Shown one piece after another: positions 1 to 8,421 of a stretch of DNA of 64,000 nt. Made by a program: the position numbers and the translations under genes. This DNA comes from Escherichia phage FL31, in the sequence record PP400782; one strand, 5' to 3'. Every line of letters starts with the position of its first letter. Within the stretch, counting starts at the first letter, position 1. The notes under the pieces are model-generated. The model worked only from the letters and a program-made list of their open reading frames with translations. It was not told the DNA's origin and ran no database searches.

Positions 1-41
1 ATGTTTCCTTTAAATGTAAATAGGTCTGAGTATTAGCTTTA

Positions 42-620
42 TTAGGAATTACGGGCTGCATTAGCAACGGCGTAAGCGTACTGAACATTAGCGTCTTTAA
101 ACGTGCCCTTAGTTGTATCTAGTTCTACCTTAAAACCGCCTTTAGCCATAACATCGGCAAATTCTTTACGGAAAGCCATTGCATCAAGACCTTTCCATGA
201 TGATTTATGCTTGGCAAATTCAAGACCTGCGAAGTTGACAGCTTTAGCTAATTTATTATCAATGACCCATTTACCTGCTTTAGGCACAAACTTCGGACCT
301 TTTTGTTTAGAGAACAGTTTTAAATTCCAGCGACGAAGGTCACTGTCGGCTTTAACAAAAGCTGCGTCTAAGTTACTAGCAACAACATCTTCAATATGAG
401 CAAATTTAAGTCCGTCAACTTCAATATTTAGATCATTACGCCAGCGTAGTCCTTCCCAAGCGAAGGCTTTAAAGTCGGAAGCCTTTGTAGCTAAGTACCG
501 TTCAATAGGAGCAGTTTTAGGGTCAAAGCCGTTTCCGCCACGATAAGTCCACTCGTCTTTATTAATGCCTTGAGCTTTTCCTGCAAAGGCCTCGGCGATA
601 AATTCTTTATATGTTTTCAT
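42..620 (-). CDS. ipIII: Internal protein III-like capsid-packaged protein with N-terminal capsid-targeting sequence (CTS)
   Basis: 192 aa; N-terminus MKTYKEFIAEA matches the T4 IP leader (MKTYQEFIAE) cleaved by gp21; size and body match T4 IPIII as recalled; ATG at 618-620. Confidence 0.7.
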   Translation of the reverse strand: MKTYKEFIAEAFAGKAQGINKDEWTYRGGNGFDPKTAPIERYLATKASDFKAFAWEGLRWRNDLNIEVDGLKFAHIEDVVASNLDAAFVKADSDLRRWNLKLFSKQKGPKFVPKAGKWVIDNKLAKAVNFAGLEFAKHKSSWKGLDAMAFRKEFADVMAKGGFKVELDTTKGTFKDANVQYAYAVANAARNS

Positions 621-645
621 TTTGTTCCTATTGATTTAATTTATG

Positions 646-960
646 TTATTCTTTAGGGAAGTTTTTAGAGTATGCGTCATAAAGTTTATTACCGATGCGA
701 CGGAAGACTTTAGCTGCAAAACGGTTTTCAGGGTTTTTAATCATGATTTGCATCATGTAAGTTCCTGCATCCGAAAGAGCTTCTTCATAGTACCCATTAA
801 TTTCTTTAAGAGTCCTACGTTTACCACCAGGACCATCAACAGTAATTTTCCATTTACCAGTAGAAGTGCGGCTCGGTGGTTCAACTTGTTCAATCCAAAT
901 ATAACCACCTTCAACGCGTTGGTTGGCGGATTCTGCAATAAATTCTTTATACGTTTTCAT
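646..960 (-). CDS. CTS-bearing internal-protein candidate (104 aa), function unknown
   Basis: N-terminus MKTYKEFIAES; ATG at 958-960; early promoter GTTTAC-N18-TATAAT and RBS AAGGAAA upstream. Confidence 0.55.
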   Translation of the reverse strand: MKTYKEFIAESANQRVEGGYIWIEQVEPPSRTSTGKWKITVDGPGGKRRTLKEINGYYEEALSDAGTYMMQIMIKNPENRFAAKVFRRIGNKLYDAYSKNFPKE

Positions 961-990
961 TTTTGTTTCCTTGTTTGTTTTGATAGAGTA

Positions 991-1020
991 ATTATACCAT
1001 ATTAATACTTAAGCGTAAAC
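991..1020 (-). promoter_or_regulatory. Early promoter GTTTAC-N18-TATAAT for the CTS-gene run 960 to 42
   Basis: Minus strand GTTTACGCTTAAGTATTAATATGGTATAAT. Confidence 0.55.
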
Positions 1021-1023
1021 AAT

Positions 1024-1284
1024 TTAAGCTTTACCGTCAGAAATAATTCCGAAGTTGTTAAAATCGTATCCAATATCGTCAACATCTACTTTAGGACTTG
1101 CTACAACATAAGCAATTTCACTACGTTTTGCATAGGTGTTGATTTCTTTACCATCGCCACCTAAGAAAGAATACCCATTACGTTTTAATGAGCCAAAGTC
1201 TTCCGCATCACCAATGAAAGCTTTAACTTTAAATTTAGGACCTTTGACATCTGTTTCAATGATAAATTCTTGATACATTTTCAT
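1024..1284 (-). CDS. CTS-bearing internal-protein candidate (86 aa), function unknown
   Basis: N-terminus MKMYQEFIIE; ATG at 1282-1284; directly downstream of denV on the minus strand. Confidence 0.55.
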   Translation of the reverse strand: MKMYQEFIIETDVKGPKFKVKAFIGDAEDFGSLKRNGYSFLGGDGKEINTYAKRSEIAYVVASPKVDVDDIGYDFNNFGIISDGKA

Positions 1285-1290
1285 TTTTCC

Positions 1291-1704
1291 TTAGTAAATT
1301 GATTTACCATAGTATTTGTACCAAGTAGGACGCTGAGCAATTTTTTCATCTAAGCGTGCTTGACTTATCGCAATGGACGCTTCGGACGGGACATAATTAT
1401 TACGAAATTCTACAGGAATATCGGAAATATCCTGGACAGTCGTGTCCTTGATTTTGAAACCACGTTTCAAACATTCGGCTATTAGCTCGATTTGACGTAA
1501 ACGTAAAAATTCGAGTTTGTCGTAAAAGAATGTTACGTGACCTGTGCCTAAGATAAATGTTGGAGAGATTTTAAAATCCTTTACACGTTTACCGTTTTGA
1601 ACATGTTTACGGACTGCACCAAATACGCGTGGTAATTCACGATACTCAGCCATAAGATGTTGGTCGGTCAGTTCAGAAACAAGTGTTAAATTGATACGGG
1701 TCAT
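1291..1704 (-). CDS. denV: Endonuclease V, pyrimidine-dimer DNA glycosylase/AP lyase
   Basis: 137 aa from internal ATG ([12 protein letters not shown]...), near-identical to T4 DenV as recalled; RBS GGAGGAAATT; ORF-track start is upstream non-ATG. Confidence 0.9.
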   Translation of the reverse strand: MTRINLTLVSELTDQHLMAEYRELPRVFGAVRKHVQNGKRVKDFKISPTFILGTGHVTFFYDKLEFLRLRQIELIAECLKRGFKIKDTTVQDISDIPVEFRNNYVPSEASIAISQARLDEKIAQRPTWYKYYGKSIY

Positions 1705-1709
1705 AATTT

Positions 1710-1761
1710 CCTCCAAGTAGTTGATGAATGTATAGTATCAAAGTCCTTGGAGGAAGTAAAC
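1710..1761 (-). promoter_or_regulatory. Early promoter for denV wrapped in an 8-bp inverted repeat
   Basis: GTTTAC-N18-TACTAT; arms CCTCCAAG (1710-1717) and CTTGGAGG (1746-1753) enclose the -10. Confidence 0.5.
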
Positions 1762-1762
1762 A

Positions 1763-2044
1763 CTATTTTTCTGAAGCGCCTGAAATATATTTTTCAAGAC
1801 GCTGTTTCATCAACGAGCCGTTCTTAGCGATTTCTTCCGGTTTATCGCACATACGCAACAATGCTTCAAGCTTAACGATATCACTGGTGCGCTCAAATTT
1901 GCGAGTATCTATCTTACTAGCAAGTTCAGAAATACGTGCTAATAGACTTTCGGCTTCAACCAAAGCTGCACCTAGCTTAGTTGCAAATGTGTCAGTAGCT
2001 TCGTTAAGAATAGATTCCGATAAAAATTCACTATATGTTTTCAT
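1763..2044 (-). CDS. CTS-bearing internal protein (93 aa) in the ipII/ipIII position between e and denV
   Basis: Starts [10 protein letters not shown] at ATG 2042-2044, overlapping the e stop (ATGA); track start is an upstream in-frame ATG. Confidence 0.55.
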   Translation of the reverse strand: MKTYSEFLSESILNEATDTFATKLGAALVEAESLLARISELASKIDTRKFERTSDIVKLEALLRMCDKPEEIAKNGSLMKQRLEKYISGASEK

Positions 2045-2529
2045 ATATACGCTTTCCAAGTTCCTGTTTTAAATGTTGAGATTACGCGTTTCGCGCGATT
2101 AGGTGTCTGACGATACCATTTAGATTGGGCTAGATTTACTGCCGCTTCGTCCCAACGTTTCTGTTGAAGCATACGAAGAGAATTAGTAAAACCGGCGACG
2201 CCTGCTACACCCATTTGGAAGACCATATTGACCAATGCACAACGACGAACCGCATCTAAAAAATCATATACCGGTTTAAGTTTAGCATTACCCAAGATTC
2301 CGCGAACGGCTTTATCAACGTCTTCATTAAATAGCTTTTCAGCCTCATCAAGGGTAATTGTACCGTTGCATTTACGACCGATCATTCTGTCAAGTTCAGC
2401 TTTAGCTACGGCTAAAGACGGGTTCTTTGTTACCAAATGGCCTATGCCAATCGTCCAAAAGCCTTCAGTGTCTTTGTATAAAGTCAGTCTAAGACCTTCG
2501 TCATTACGAAGCATTTCAAATATATTCAT
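2041..2529 (-). CDS. e: Lysozyme (endolysin, glycoside hydrolase family 24)
   Basis: MNIFEMLR...GIGHL...; near-identical to T4 lysozyme as recalled; start trimmed to ATG 2527-2529 with RBS GGGAGGTA. Confidence 0.95.
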   Translation of the reverse strand: MNIFEMLRNDEGLRLTLYKDTEGFWTIGIGHLVTKNPSLAVAKAELDRMIGRKCNGTITLDEAEKLFNEDVDKAVRGILGNAKLKPVYDFLDAVRRCALVNMVFQMGVAGVAGFTNSLRMLQQKRWDEAAVNLAQSKWYRQTPNRAKRVISTFKTGTWKAYI

Positions 2530-2563
2530 AATACCTCCCACGTTTATAGGAGGTATTTATTAC

Positions 2564-3022
2564 TTATAGGAGGGTAGTGAGCACCTTATATAATGATTTG
2601 CCCATTACATATTCCCATTGAGAAGGTTTAATTAAAGCGAATGCATCAAATTCAGGAATCTGTCGTCCGTCTGGGAATGTATGATAGGAATTACAAACAC
2701 TGTTTCTGAATTGCTCGTGCTCTACAGGGATGGTATATTGGAACAGATGAATATTCTTATTGTCTGAGTAATGATGTTCACCTAGGTCTTTCAGGAAGGC
2801 AGGGTCATATTGTGTAAACCCAGTTTCTTCTTCGCATTCACGAATAGCGGCTTCAATAGGAGATTCGCCAGGTTCGACACGGCCTTTAGGAATATCCCAC
2901 CGATGAGCTAAAGAACCTTTAGGACGAGAACCAGTTACACGGCCCATGAATAATTCTTTATCTTCGGTAAGGAAAATAATACCAGCTGATAGTTCTTTCA
3001 CTTTATTTTTCTTACTCATCAT
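2564..3022 (-). CDS. nudE: Nudix hydrolase NudE
   Basis: Nudix box GRVEPGESPIEAAIRECEEETG; position immediately after e as T4 e.1; ATG 3020-3022 overlaps upstream stop (ATGA). Confidence 0.85.
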   Translation of the reverse strand: MMSKKNKVKELSAGIIFLTEDKELFMGRVTGSRPKGSLAHRWDIPKGRVEPGESPIEAAIRECEEETGFTQYDPAFLKDLGEHHYSDNKNIHLFQYTIPVEHEQFRNSVCNSYHTFPDGRQIPEFDAFALIKPSQWEYVMGKSLYKVLTTLL

Positions 3023-3417
3023 CTCAAATTCCTGCATTCGGTGATAAAACGTTCAACTTCATTATTCTTGGCTTTTATCTTGTCTTTACGTTCCTGTAAA
3101 CTACTTTTAACAAGATTAATAATGATGCCTACAGTACCTCCACCAATAATACCACCAATAATACTTACGATAGTAGATGCTAATAAGATAGCGATAATAT
3201 CTAGTATAGCAAAGGCACTTACTTTAGTACTAAAAAACCACACTGACGGTACAAATATAATCCATCCTGTTATCCATTGACACTTATTGAAAAACTTTTC
3301 AAGCTCAGCTTGAGTTGTTCGTATTACTTCATCGATAGGTTGATATCCATTAATGTATCTGTTCACGATAATACCTGCTGGCTGGTTGATTTTAAATTCT
3401 TGGCAAATATGTTTCAC
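3019..3417 (-). CDS. Hypothetical membrane protein (C-terminal hydrophobic, Gly-rich segment)
   Basis: 132-aa ORF with no ATG anywhere in frame; only possible start is GTG at 3415-3417 with in-frame TAG directly upstream; weak RBS. Confidence 0.4.
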   Translation of the reverse strand: MKHICQEFKINQPAGIIVNRYINGYQPIDEVIRTTQAELEKFFNKCQWITGWIIFVPSVWFFSTKVSAFAILDIIAILLASTIVSIIGGIIGGGTVGIIINLVKSSLQERKDKIKAKNNEVERFITECRNLR

Positions 3418-3499
3418 TAAGTAGGATGGACATCCTGTCCAATCTACTGAATAATACGAAATACCTTCGTTGCATTAGACCAATATGTTTTGTTAATCA

Positions 3500-4186
3500 T
3501 TACCAGCCTTCCATAGGGAATTCCAGATAAACTTGAGCGTTGACACGAATTTCATTGGTAATCTTTTTAACTCGGTCTGTATTACGAGATACACGTCCAA
3601 ACCAACGCCATCCGTTACTAATTGCACGAGAACCAGTGTGCCATGTTTGCCAATCAAATTGAAGAAGAGTACGGTCTGGAGCTTCCCATTTCTCTAGTTC
3701 GCCTTTTTCGATTTTTTCGAGGACTTCTTTGTGCCACTGGCGATAGATAAGTTCGCCATCAGGAATCTGACTGAACTCTGCAGTTCCTGTTGCAAAATGA
3801 GTAGGACACACATCAGCGTTAACAAGACCAAGAATATGTTCAGACAAATAGCGAGGATTGTCATAGTCAGGTTGTCCTGCAGTAATAAAGTGTTGACCAA
3901 CTGGAATATCAGGGCGTGGAACATCGTCATGGTGATATCCAGGAATAGCAGGGTACCAGCCAGGCATCAGCATGTGGACTCGTGAATCAAATACAACCTG
4001 GTCGGTGTTCCAATCATCCGGCAAGTTCATGATGAAGCTGCGAGTAATAGGACCGCCGTTATTATAAGCAAATTCTAAACTACAGTTGAAGAACATAGGC
4101 TCGTTCTTGATTTTATCATTAGAAATACCGCCGGCAAAACCACCTACTGCACGAGCTTGACTATTAAACACTTTAGAACTATTCAT
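3500..4186 (-). CDS. Hypothetical protein (228 aa)
   Basis: ATG 4184-4186; long ORF in early block; His/Asp-rich motif GYHHDDVP; no family recognised. Confidence 0.55.
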   Translation of the reverse strand: MNSSKVFNSQARAVGGFAGGISNDKIKNEPMFFNCSLEFAYNNGGPITRSFIMNLPDDWNTDQVVFDSRVHMLMPGWYPAIPGYHHDDVPRPDIPVGQHFITAGQPDYDNPRYLSEHILGLVNADVCPTHFATGTAEFSQIPDGELIYRQWHKEVLEKIEKGELEKWEAPDRTLLQFDWQTWHTGSRAISNGWRWFGRVSRNTDRVKKITNEIRVNAQVYLEFPMEGW

Positions 4187-4187
4187 A

Positions 4188-4493
4188 TTATTTTCCTCGA
4201 CATTCTTTAATGAAATTTTCTAGATTGGTAGATTCAATAGCTTTTTTACGAGCTTCTGCGTGTTCTTCTTCGGTCAATTTATGTTTATAATTGACCCAGA
4301 CATTATGGTCGAAACTAGTCGTGGCATATAATAACAAAGCTCCGACGAATAATAAAAACGGTGATAAGAATATACAACCAGGCACACCATCCATACTGTA
4401 AGCCTTTTGTAATACTGCAACAGAAAGAGTTGCGTAAAAAAGTGATGCAAATATTGTTAAAAGACCAATTCGGTTGGTTTCGCCTAATTTCAT
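4188..4493 (-). CDS. Hypothetical small membrane protein (two predicted TM helices)
   Basis: ATG 4491-4493 preceded by GAGGAG RBS and palindromic early promoter. Confidence 0.55.
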   Translation of the reverse strand: MKLGETNRIGLLTIFASLFYATLSVAVLQKAYSMDGVPGCIFLSPFLLFVGALLLYATTSFDHNVWVNYKHKLTEEEHAEARKKAIESTNLENFIKECRGK

Positions 4494-4513
4494 AATATTC
4501 TCCTCATGTTTTG

Positions 4514-4550
4514 GTAGGACTACTATAACATAGTCCTATAATTGTGTAAA
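4514..4550 (-). promoter_or_regulatory. Early promoter with stem-loop (TAGGACT..AGTCCTA around -10 TATAGT)
   Basis: Minus strand GTTTACACAATTATAGGACTATGTTATAGTAGTCCTACC. Confidence 0.55.
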
Positions 4551-4563
4551 CAGTTTTGCGAAA

Positions 4564-5520
4564 TTATTTGAAAGGTTTTACCATATGGAAATTTTGTTTG
4601 AAACGTTTGACGTAATCGTCATGTCCTAAGCTTTGGTACATACTTACTACTTTGCTGTAGTTTTCCCAGGCGTATTCACGGAACCAACCGGAGGTGATGC
4701 TTGTACAGACCTTTTCCAATGCCGTCATAAAACTGGCTTCAGGGTTAATTTTAAAGTCATTAGGAATCTGAGAACGTTCTAATGCTAATACACATGATTC
4801 TTCATATACACCGGCCAATTTGACCATTTCCGGTAATGATTCGAACTTCTCGCGTGAGGTCATGACTTCAGAACCATCTTTCATGTAAAATGTATACGCT
4901 GGACGGTCTGTTAGTGCAATGGCTTCATGAATAGTATCATGGTCATATGTATAGATGTCATCTTTAAAGAATGCGCTTTTAGAAGTGTCAAGAACCGGGT
5001 GAGCATAATTCAAGGTTTCTTTCTGGCGTTTCAGCATAATTTCAGTAAGTTCATCGTTCAGTGTAACACCTTTACCACGAAGATACTGAATATGGTTCAT
5101 AGTCTTTAAAAAGAATGGATTATTTTTCTTGAAACGATGAGACATCTTAATTGCAAGACACATCTCAGGAGTTGCCCAGTAAAACCCGTTAAAACGATCT
5201 TTAGTCAAATTTTTCTTGGCGTATTTTAAAAGGTCATAAGAAGACGTGAAATCTTCAGGAGTGAGTTCACCGACTAATTCACGGACATTAGTGATTGCCG
5301 GAACAATATATGCTTCAAAATGAGTTTCGCGTCCATTATGGAAGCATTTGAAAACTTGGACATCAGGGTTATCTTGGTGAACATATACACCCATCATTTG
5401 ATTTTTGAATGCATTCCAAGAACCTTGGTCCGCAATAAAGTCCCAATCACTATTTTTAATAGCGCTAGAATCAATAAGACCGTGATAGTGAAGTGCACGA
5501 GAACCAATAACTAACATCAT
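4564..5520 (-). CDS. Hypothetical protein (318 aa), possible nucleotidyltransferase-like N-terminus
   Basis: ATG 5518-5520; N-terminal IGSRALHYHG...DWDF loosely resembles G[GS]...DxD; no confident family. Confidence 0.55.
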   Translation of the reverse strand: MMLVIGSRALHYHGLIDSSAIKNSDWDFIADQGSWNAFKNQMMGVYVHQDNPDVQVFKCFHNGRETHFEAYIVPAITNVRELVGELTPEDFTSSYDLLKYAKKNLTKDRFNGFYWATPEMCLAIKMSHRFKKNNPFFLKTMNHIQYLRGKGVTLNDELTEIMLKRQKETLNYAHPVLDTSKSAFFKDDIYTYDHDTIHEAIALTDRPAYTFYMKDGSEVMTSREKFESLPEMVKLAGVYEESCVLALERSQIPNDFKINPEASFMTALEKVCTSITSGWFREYAWENYSKVVSMYQSLGHDDYVKRFKQNFHMVKPFK

Positions 5521-5548
5521 AATATTTTCCTCGGATTAATTCATTAAC

Positions 5549-5800
5549 TTAAATTTCACGACATGCGATATTATATTCATCCCAGAGGTCATCGTGTGAA
5601 GCCTCTACTAATGGAACGATTGTACCATTTATGTCTTCATTATAAGGGCAAATTGTACAATGTGCATCTTCGAATCGGATGCCTTTGTGTTCAGATTTTT
5701 TATAACGCATATCGAATATCTTTGCAAACTTTTCACGAGTAATGGTTTTACCAACCACTTCGGTTCCGATACTTTCGTAATAAATCATTGTGGACTCCAT
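5549..5800 (-). CDS. Hypothetical protein (83 aa)
   Basis: ATG 5798-5800; palindromic early promoter upstream (5817-5846). Confidence 0.5.
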   Translation of the reverse strand: MESTMIYYESIGTEVVGKTITREKFAKIFDMRYKKSEHKGIRFEDAHCTICPYNEDINGTIVPLVEASHDDLWDEYNIACREI

Positions 5801-5808
5801 TTAATTTG

Positions 5809-5846
5809 ATAGGACTACTATAACATAGCCCTATCTTGTTGTAAAC
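5809..5846 (-). promoter_or_regulatory. Early promoter with stem-loop, same family
   Basis: ATAGGACT..AGCCCTAT arms (one mismatch) around TATAGT; GTTTAC at 5841-5846. Confidence 0.5.
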
Positions 5847-5851
5847 TGTTT

Positions 5852-6049
5852 TTAGCAAGAATAACTAGATGATACCCAGCCTTGAACAGTAATACTATTG
5901 TGGGATAATGAGATCGCGTCCTGGAGATTCAGACCTGCGTTATCTTCAATCCATAATGTAACTTCTTCGCGTTCTTCTGTTGCAATTTGGAACAGGTTTT
6001 CTAGAGCAGCTACTGCGGTACGTACAGCACAATCTAATTCACGAGACAT
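5852..6049 (-). CDS. Small acidic protein, paralogue 1 of tandem triplet ending WVSSSYSC
   Basis: 65 aa; ATG 6047-6049 with RBS TAAGGAAACC; C-terminal GWVSSSYSC shared with two upstream paralogues. Confidence 0.5.
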   Translation of the reverse strand: MSRELDCAVRTAVAALENLFQIATEEREEVTLWIEDNAGLNLQDAISLSHNSITVQGWVSSSYSC

Positions 6050-6058
6050 ATGGTTTCC

Positions 6059-6331
6059 TTAGCAAGTGTGAGAAGATGCAACCCAACCACCAGTTTCGAG
6101 GCTCAGGTTGTAGTCATATTGGTAAACGTCCGCCCATTCAGCATAGCCGTTTTTTGTACAACGTTCAAGATCGGCTTTAAGATGTCCGGGTGAATGATAG
6201 GTTCCACCCATACCATAAGCTGGGTACAAGTTGAATGTTGTGTTTTGTTTATCAGCAATTTCTTTGGCAGCCTCAATAGCTGCATAGATTTTTGCTACAG
6301 CTTCGGCCAGTTCGGTTTGTTCTTTAGACAT
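6059..6331 (-). CDS. Small acidic protein, paralogue 2 of tandem triplet ending WVASSHTC
   Basis: 90 aa; ATG 6329-6331 with RBS TAAGGAATC; Ala-rich N-terminal helix; C-terminus GGWVASSHTC. Confidence 0.55.
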   Translation of the reverse strand: MSKEQTELAEAVAKIYAAIEAAKEIADKQNTTFNLYPAYGMGGTYHSPGHLKADLERCTKNGYAEWADVYQYDYNLSLETGGWVASSHTC

Positions 6332-6340
6332 AATGATTCC

Positions 6341-6646
6341 TTAGCACAACGCAGAAGACGAAACCCAAGCACCTTCAGTAATAACGTATCCATTACCTTC
6401 ACGCTTAACATCGCCGCCATTATTTTCAATTTCATCTTTCATCCACTGGGATACGATTTCACCCTTAGGATAATAAGTACGACCGCTACCATAATCACCT
6501 ACAGAAAATGATACGGCATATTGGTCTGCGATCTTTGTTGCTTCTTCTTCGATACGTTCAGCTTGATTCAGAAGTTTATAAATTGCATCTGAAGCGGATT
6601 TGGCATCATTAAACTCTGGTACTTTAATTTCAATAATCTTACTCAT
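6341..6646 (-). CDS. Small acidic protein, paralogue 3 of tandem triplet ending WVSSSALC
   Basis: 101 aa; ATG 6644-6646; early promoter GTTTAC-N18-TATAAT at 6706-6735; C-terminus GAWVSSSALC. Confidence 0.55.
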   Translation of the reverse strand: MSKIIEIKVPEFNDAKSASDAIYKLLNQAERIEEEATKIADQYAVSFSVGDYGSGRTYYPKGEIVSQWMKDEIENNGGDVKREGNGYVITEGAWVSSSALC

Positions 6647-6744
6647 TTTCTACATTCCTTAATAAAGTTTTCGATTGTTTCATTTTCACGTCTAGCTAGG
6701 AGTTCATTATAACTAATCATTTGAGAAGCGTAAACAGCATAATT

Positions 6745-7137
6745 TCAGTTGAGGCTTTTGCATCTTATTTCCTTAACGAATTCCATAGCTTCTTCATATT
6801 CATACTTTTTAACAGCTTCATCATACTGAGCTTGGGCTTTTGCGCACTGAACTTTCCATTCTCTTAATCTGGCTCTGTGATGACGTCCTTGGTACCAATA
6901 TCCCATCCAGTTAATAGGCATTAATAAAAACGGTATAATAAGTGGTGCGACGAACATTAATGAAAATGCTGCATCAGACGATATAACTTCACTAGAATCT
7001 AAAACAGCTCCTATAATCATAAAGATTAAAAATGCTAAAGCTAAAATAGGGCCAAATAATACTTCATTTGGGATTAATTTACGCTTGTATTCATACGCCC
7101 AGGGCTTAATTGGCATGTATAGGGTTGGCTTTGACAT
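6745..7137 (-). CDS. Hypothetical membrane protein (2 TM helices, basic C-terminal tail)
   Basis: Trimmed to ATG 7135-7137 (MSKPTLYM...); ORF-track start is TTG. Confidence 0.45.
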   Translation of the reverse strand: MSKPTLYMPIKPWAYEYKRKLIPNEVLFGPILALAFLIFMIIGAVLDSSEVISSDAAFSLMFVAPLIIPFLLMPINWMGYWYQGRHHRARLREWKVQCAKAQAQYDEAVKKYEYEEAMEFVKEIRCKSLN

Positions 7138-7708
7138 ATTCTCTACATTCCATAATAAATTGCTCAAGGATTAAATTGTTAGTGAAATTAGGACTAACAA
7201 CCATAGTTTCATAAAGCGCATCAATAGCACTTAAAGCATCAGCTCTTTTAAGCAAAGGCTTGCCTTCATACATAGTTTCAGAATCGACGATTAACGTAAA
7301 GTAATATTTTTTATTATCGACTAGAACTTCTGTATCGATATAAAACATATTAGACCTTAAAAGCTTATCTCTAAAACCATAATAATCTTCAGAGCGTTCG
7401 CTGATATATTCCCATTCAGTGTTTAAACAACAAACAGACCATGTAGGAGCAACGAAATCAGTGAATCTAATATCATGGTCTGCAACTAGTTTAGCAATAG
7501 CTCCGATATCATGAATCATAATACCTGGGGCTAATAAAGATTTTCTGTTATGGCTAGCCGTTTTCTCGGTGGTCTCATAAGAAGCCGACCAGTACCATTT
7601 ACGACCGGTTGCGGCATATCGTAATGAATCAACTAAAGACGTAGGTGGATTTACCTTATTTCGGAACTCTTCGAACATTGAGTCAATATCATTATTTTGG
7701 TTTCGCAT
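7106..7708 (-). CDS. Hypothetical protein (200 aa)
   Basis: Trimmed to ATG 7706-7708 with RBS AAAGGAG; track start is TTG. Confidence 0.55.
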   Translation of the reverse strand: MRNQNNDIDSMFEEFRNKVNPPTSLVDSLRYAATGRKWYWSASYETTEKTASHNRKSLLAPGIMIHDIGAIAKLVADHDIRFTDFVAPTWSVCCLNTEWEYISERSEDYYGFRDKLLRSNMFYIDTEVLVDNKKYYFTLIVDSETMYEGKPLLKRADALSAIDALYETMVVSPNFTNNLILEQFIMECREYVKANPIHAN

Positions 7709-7731
7709 GTTAACTCCTTTATTATCCAAAA

Positions 7732-7749
7732 GGAGGACCGGAGTCCTCC
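7732..7749 (-). terminator. Hairpin plus T-run after ORF 7758-8351
   Basis: Minus strand GGAGGAC-TCCG-GTCCTCC then TTTTGG. Confidence 0.5.
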
Positions 7750-7757
7750 GTATTATT

Positions 7758-8351
7758 TTATTTCAAAGAGTTAATATATTCTTGTACATCAGCAGAAGTG
7801 GTTTCGACACCGACCGGAGTGCCATTGAATGTTTCGACACGAGTCAGAGTGTCTTCGATATCAACCTTAGTCAGTGCAGCGATTTCAATTACATCATCGG
7901 CCGTAGAGATACCAAGGGCATTGGCTGCTCGAGTTTCACGAATGTATTCGAGTTTGATTGCCAGGTTCTGACGAGCATCGTCAAGTTCAACCACCTTACG
8001 AGCAATTTCAATTCGCATAGCGGCATACCCGTCAGCTTTTGTATTAAGTTGTTCGGCAGTTCGACGATACAGAAGACCAAGCTTAGCATGCATGGTAACA
8101 TCTTGTCCTTCGGCCAGGAGCTTACGAATTTCACGTTCCTTAGAAGCGGCTTGCTTGTTCTTTTCATTAACAAGTTCGCGAATACGTTTTTCTTCATTAA
8201 TAGATTTAACAGAAGCCGTTTTTAGTTCTTTGATTTGGGTAATCAACTTATCTGCAGCTGCGTTATACTGTTCTTCAACAGTCAGATTTTTAGCCATAGC
8301 AGTACCCAGTTTAGTGCGGATGAATTCAACAAGTTTCTTCAGTGTGTTCAT
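7758..8351 (-). CDS. Hypothetical coiled-coil protein (197 aa), faint PspA/IM30-like character
   Basis: Trimmed to ATG 8349-8351; heptad-rich Lys/Glu/Ala/Arg composition; hairpin terminator directly downstream. Confidence 0.5.
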   Translation of the reverse strand: MNTLKKLVEFIRTKLGTAMAKNLTVEEQYNAAADKLITQIKELKTASVKSINEEKRIRELVNEKNKQAASKEREIRKLLAEGQDVTMHAKLGLLYRRTAEQLNTKADGYAAMRIEIARKVVELDDARQNLAIKLEYIRETRAANALGISTADDVIEIAALTKVDIEDTLTRVETFNGTPVGVETTSADVQEYINSLK

Positions 8352-8421
8352 ATTATTACCTTTCAATTGGTGGTTTATTATCCAACGAGAGCATTATACT
8401 CTGCTCTCAAGAGTTTGTAAA

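Noticed and set aside
103-399. Plus-strand ORFs in the track lying inside minus-strand genes (for example 103-399, 643-1005, 7707-8225, 8092-8565, 11352-11750)
   Set aside because: They are antisense to recognisable genes or embedded in a uniformly minus-strand early operon, lack RBS and promoter context, and have low-complexity translations; treated as shadow ORFs.
3423-3436. Short palindrome AGGATGGACATCCT upstream of the GTG-start membrane ORF as a regulatory operator
   Set aside because: Stem too short and loop too tight to interpret; could be chance in AT-rich DNA.
7729-7729. ORF-track start codons at 7729, 8366, 9975, 10740, 14749, 48002, 60425 and 62764
   Set aside because: The underlying codons are TTG or GTG without a usable RBS; a downstream ATG with a Shine-Dalgarno sequence and/or start-stop overlap fits better and matches T4 protein N-termini where known.
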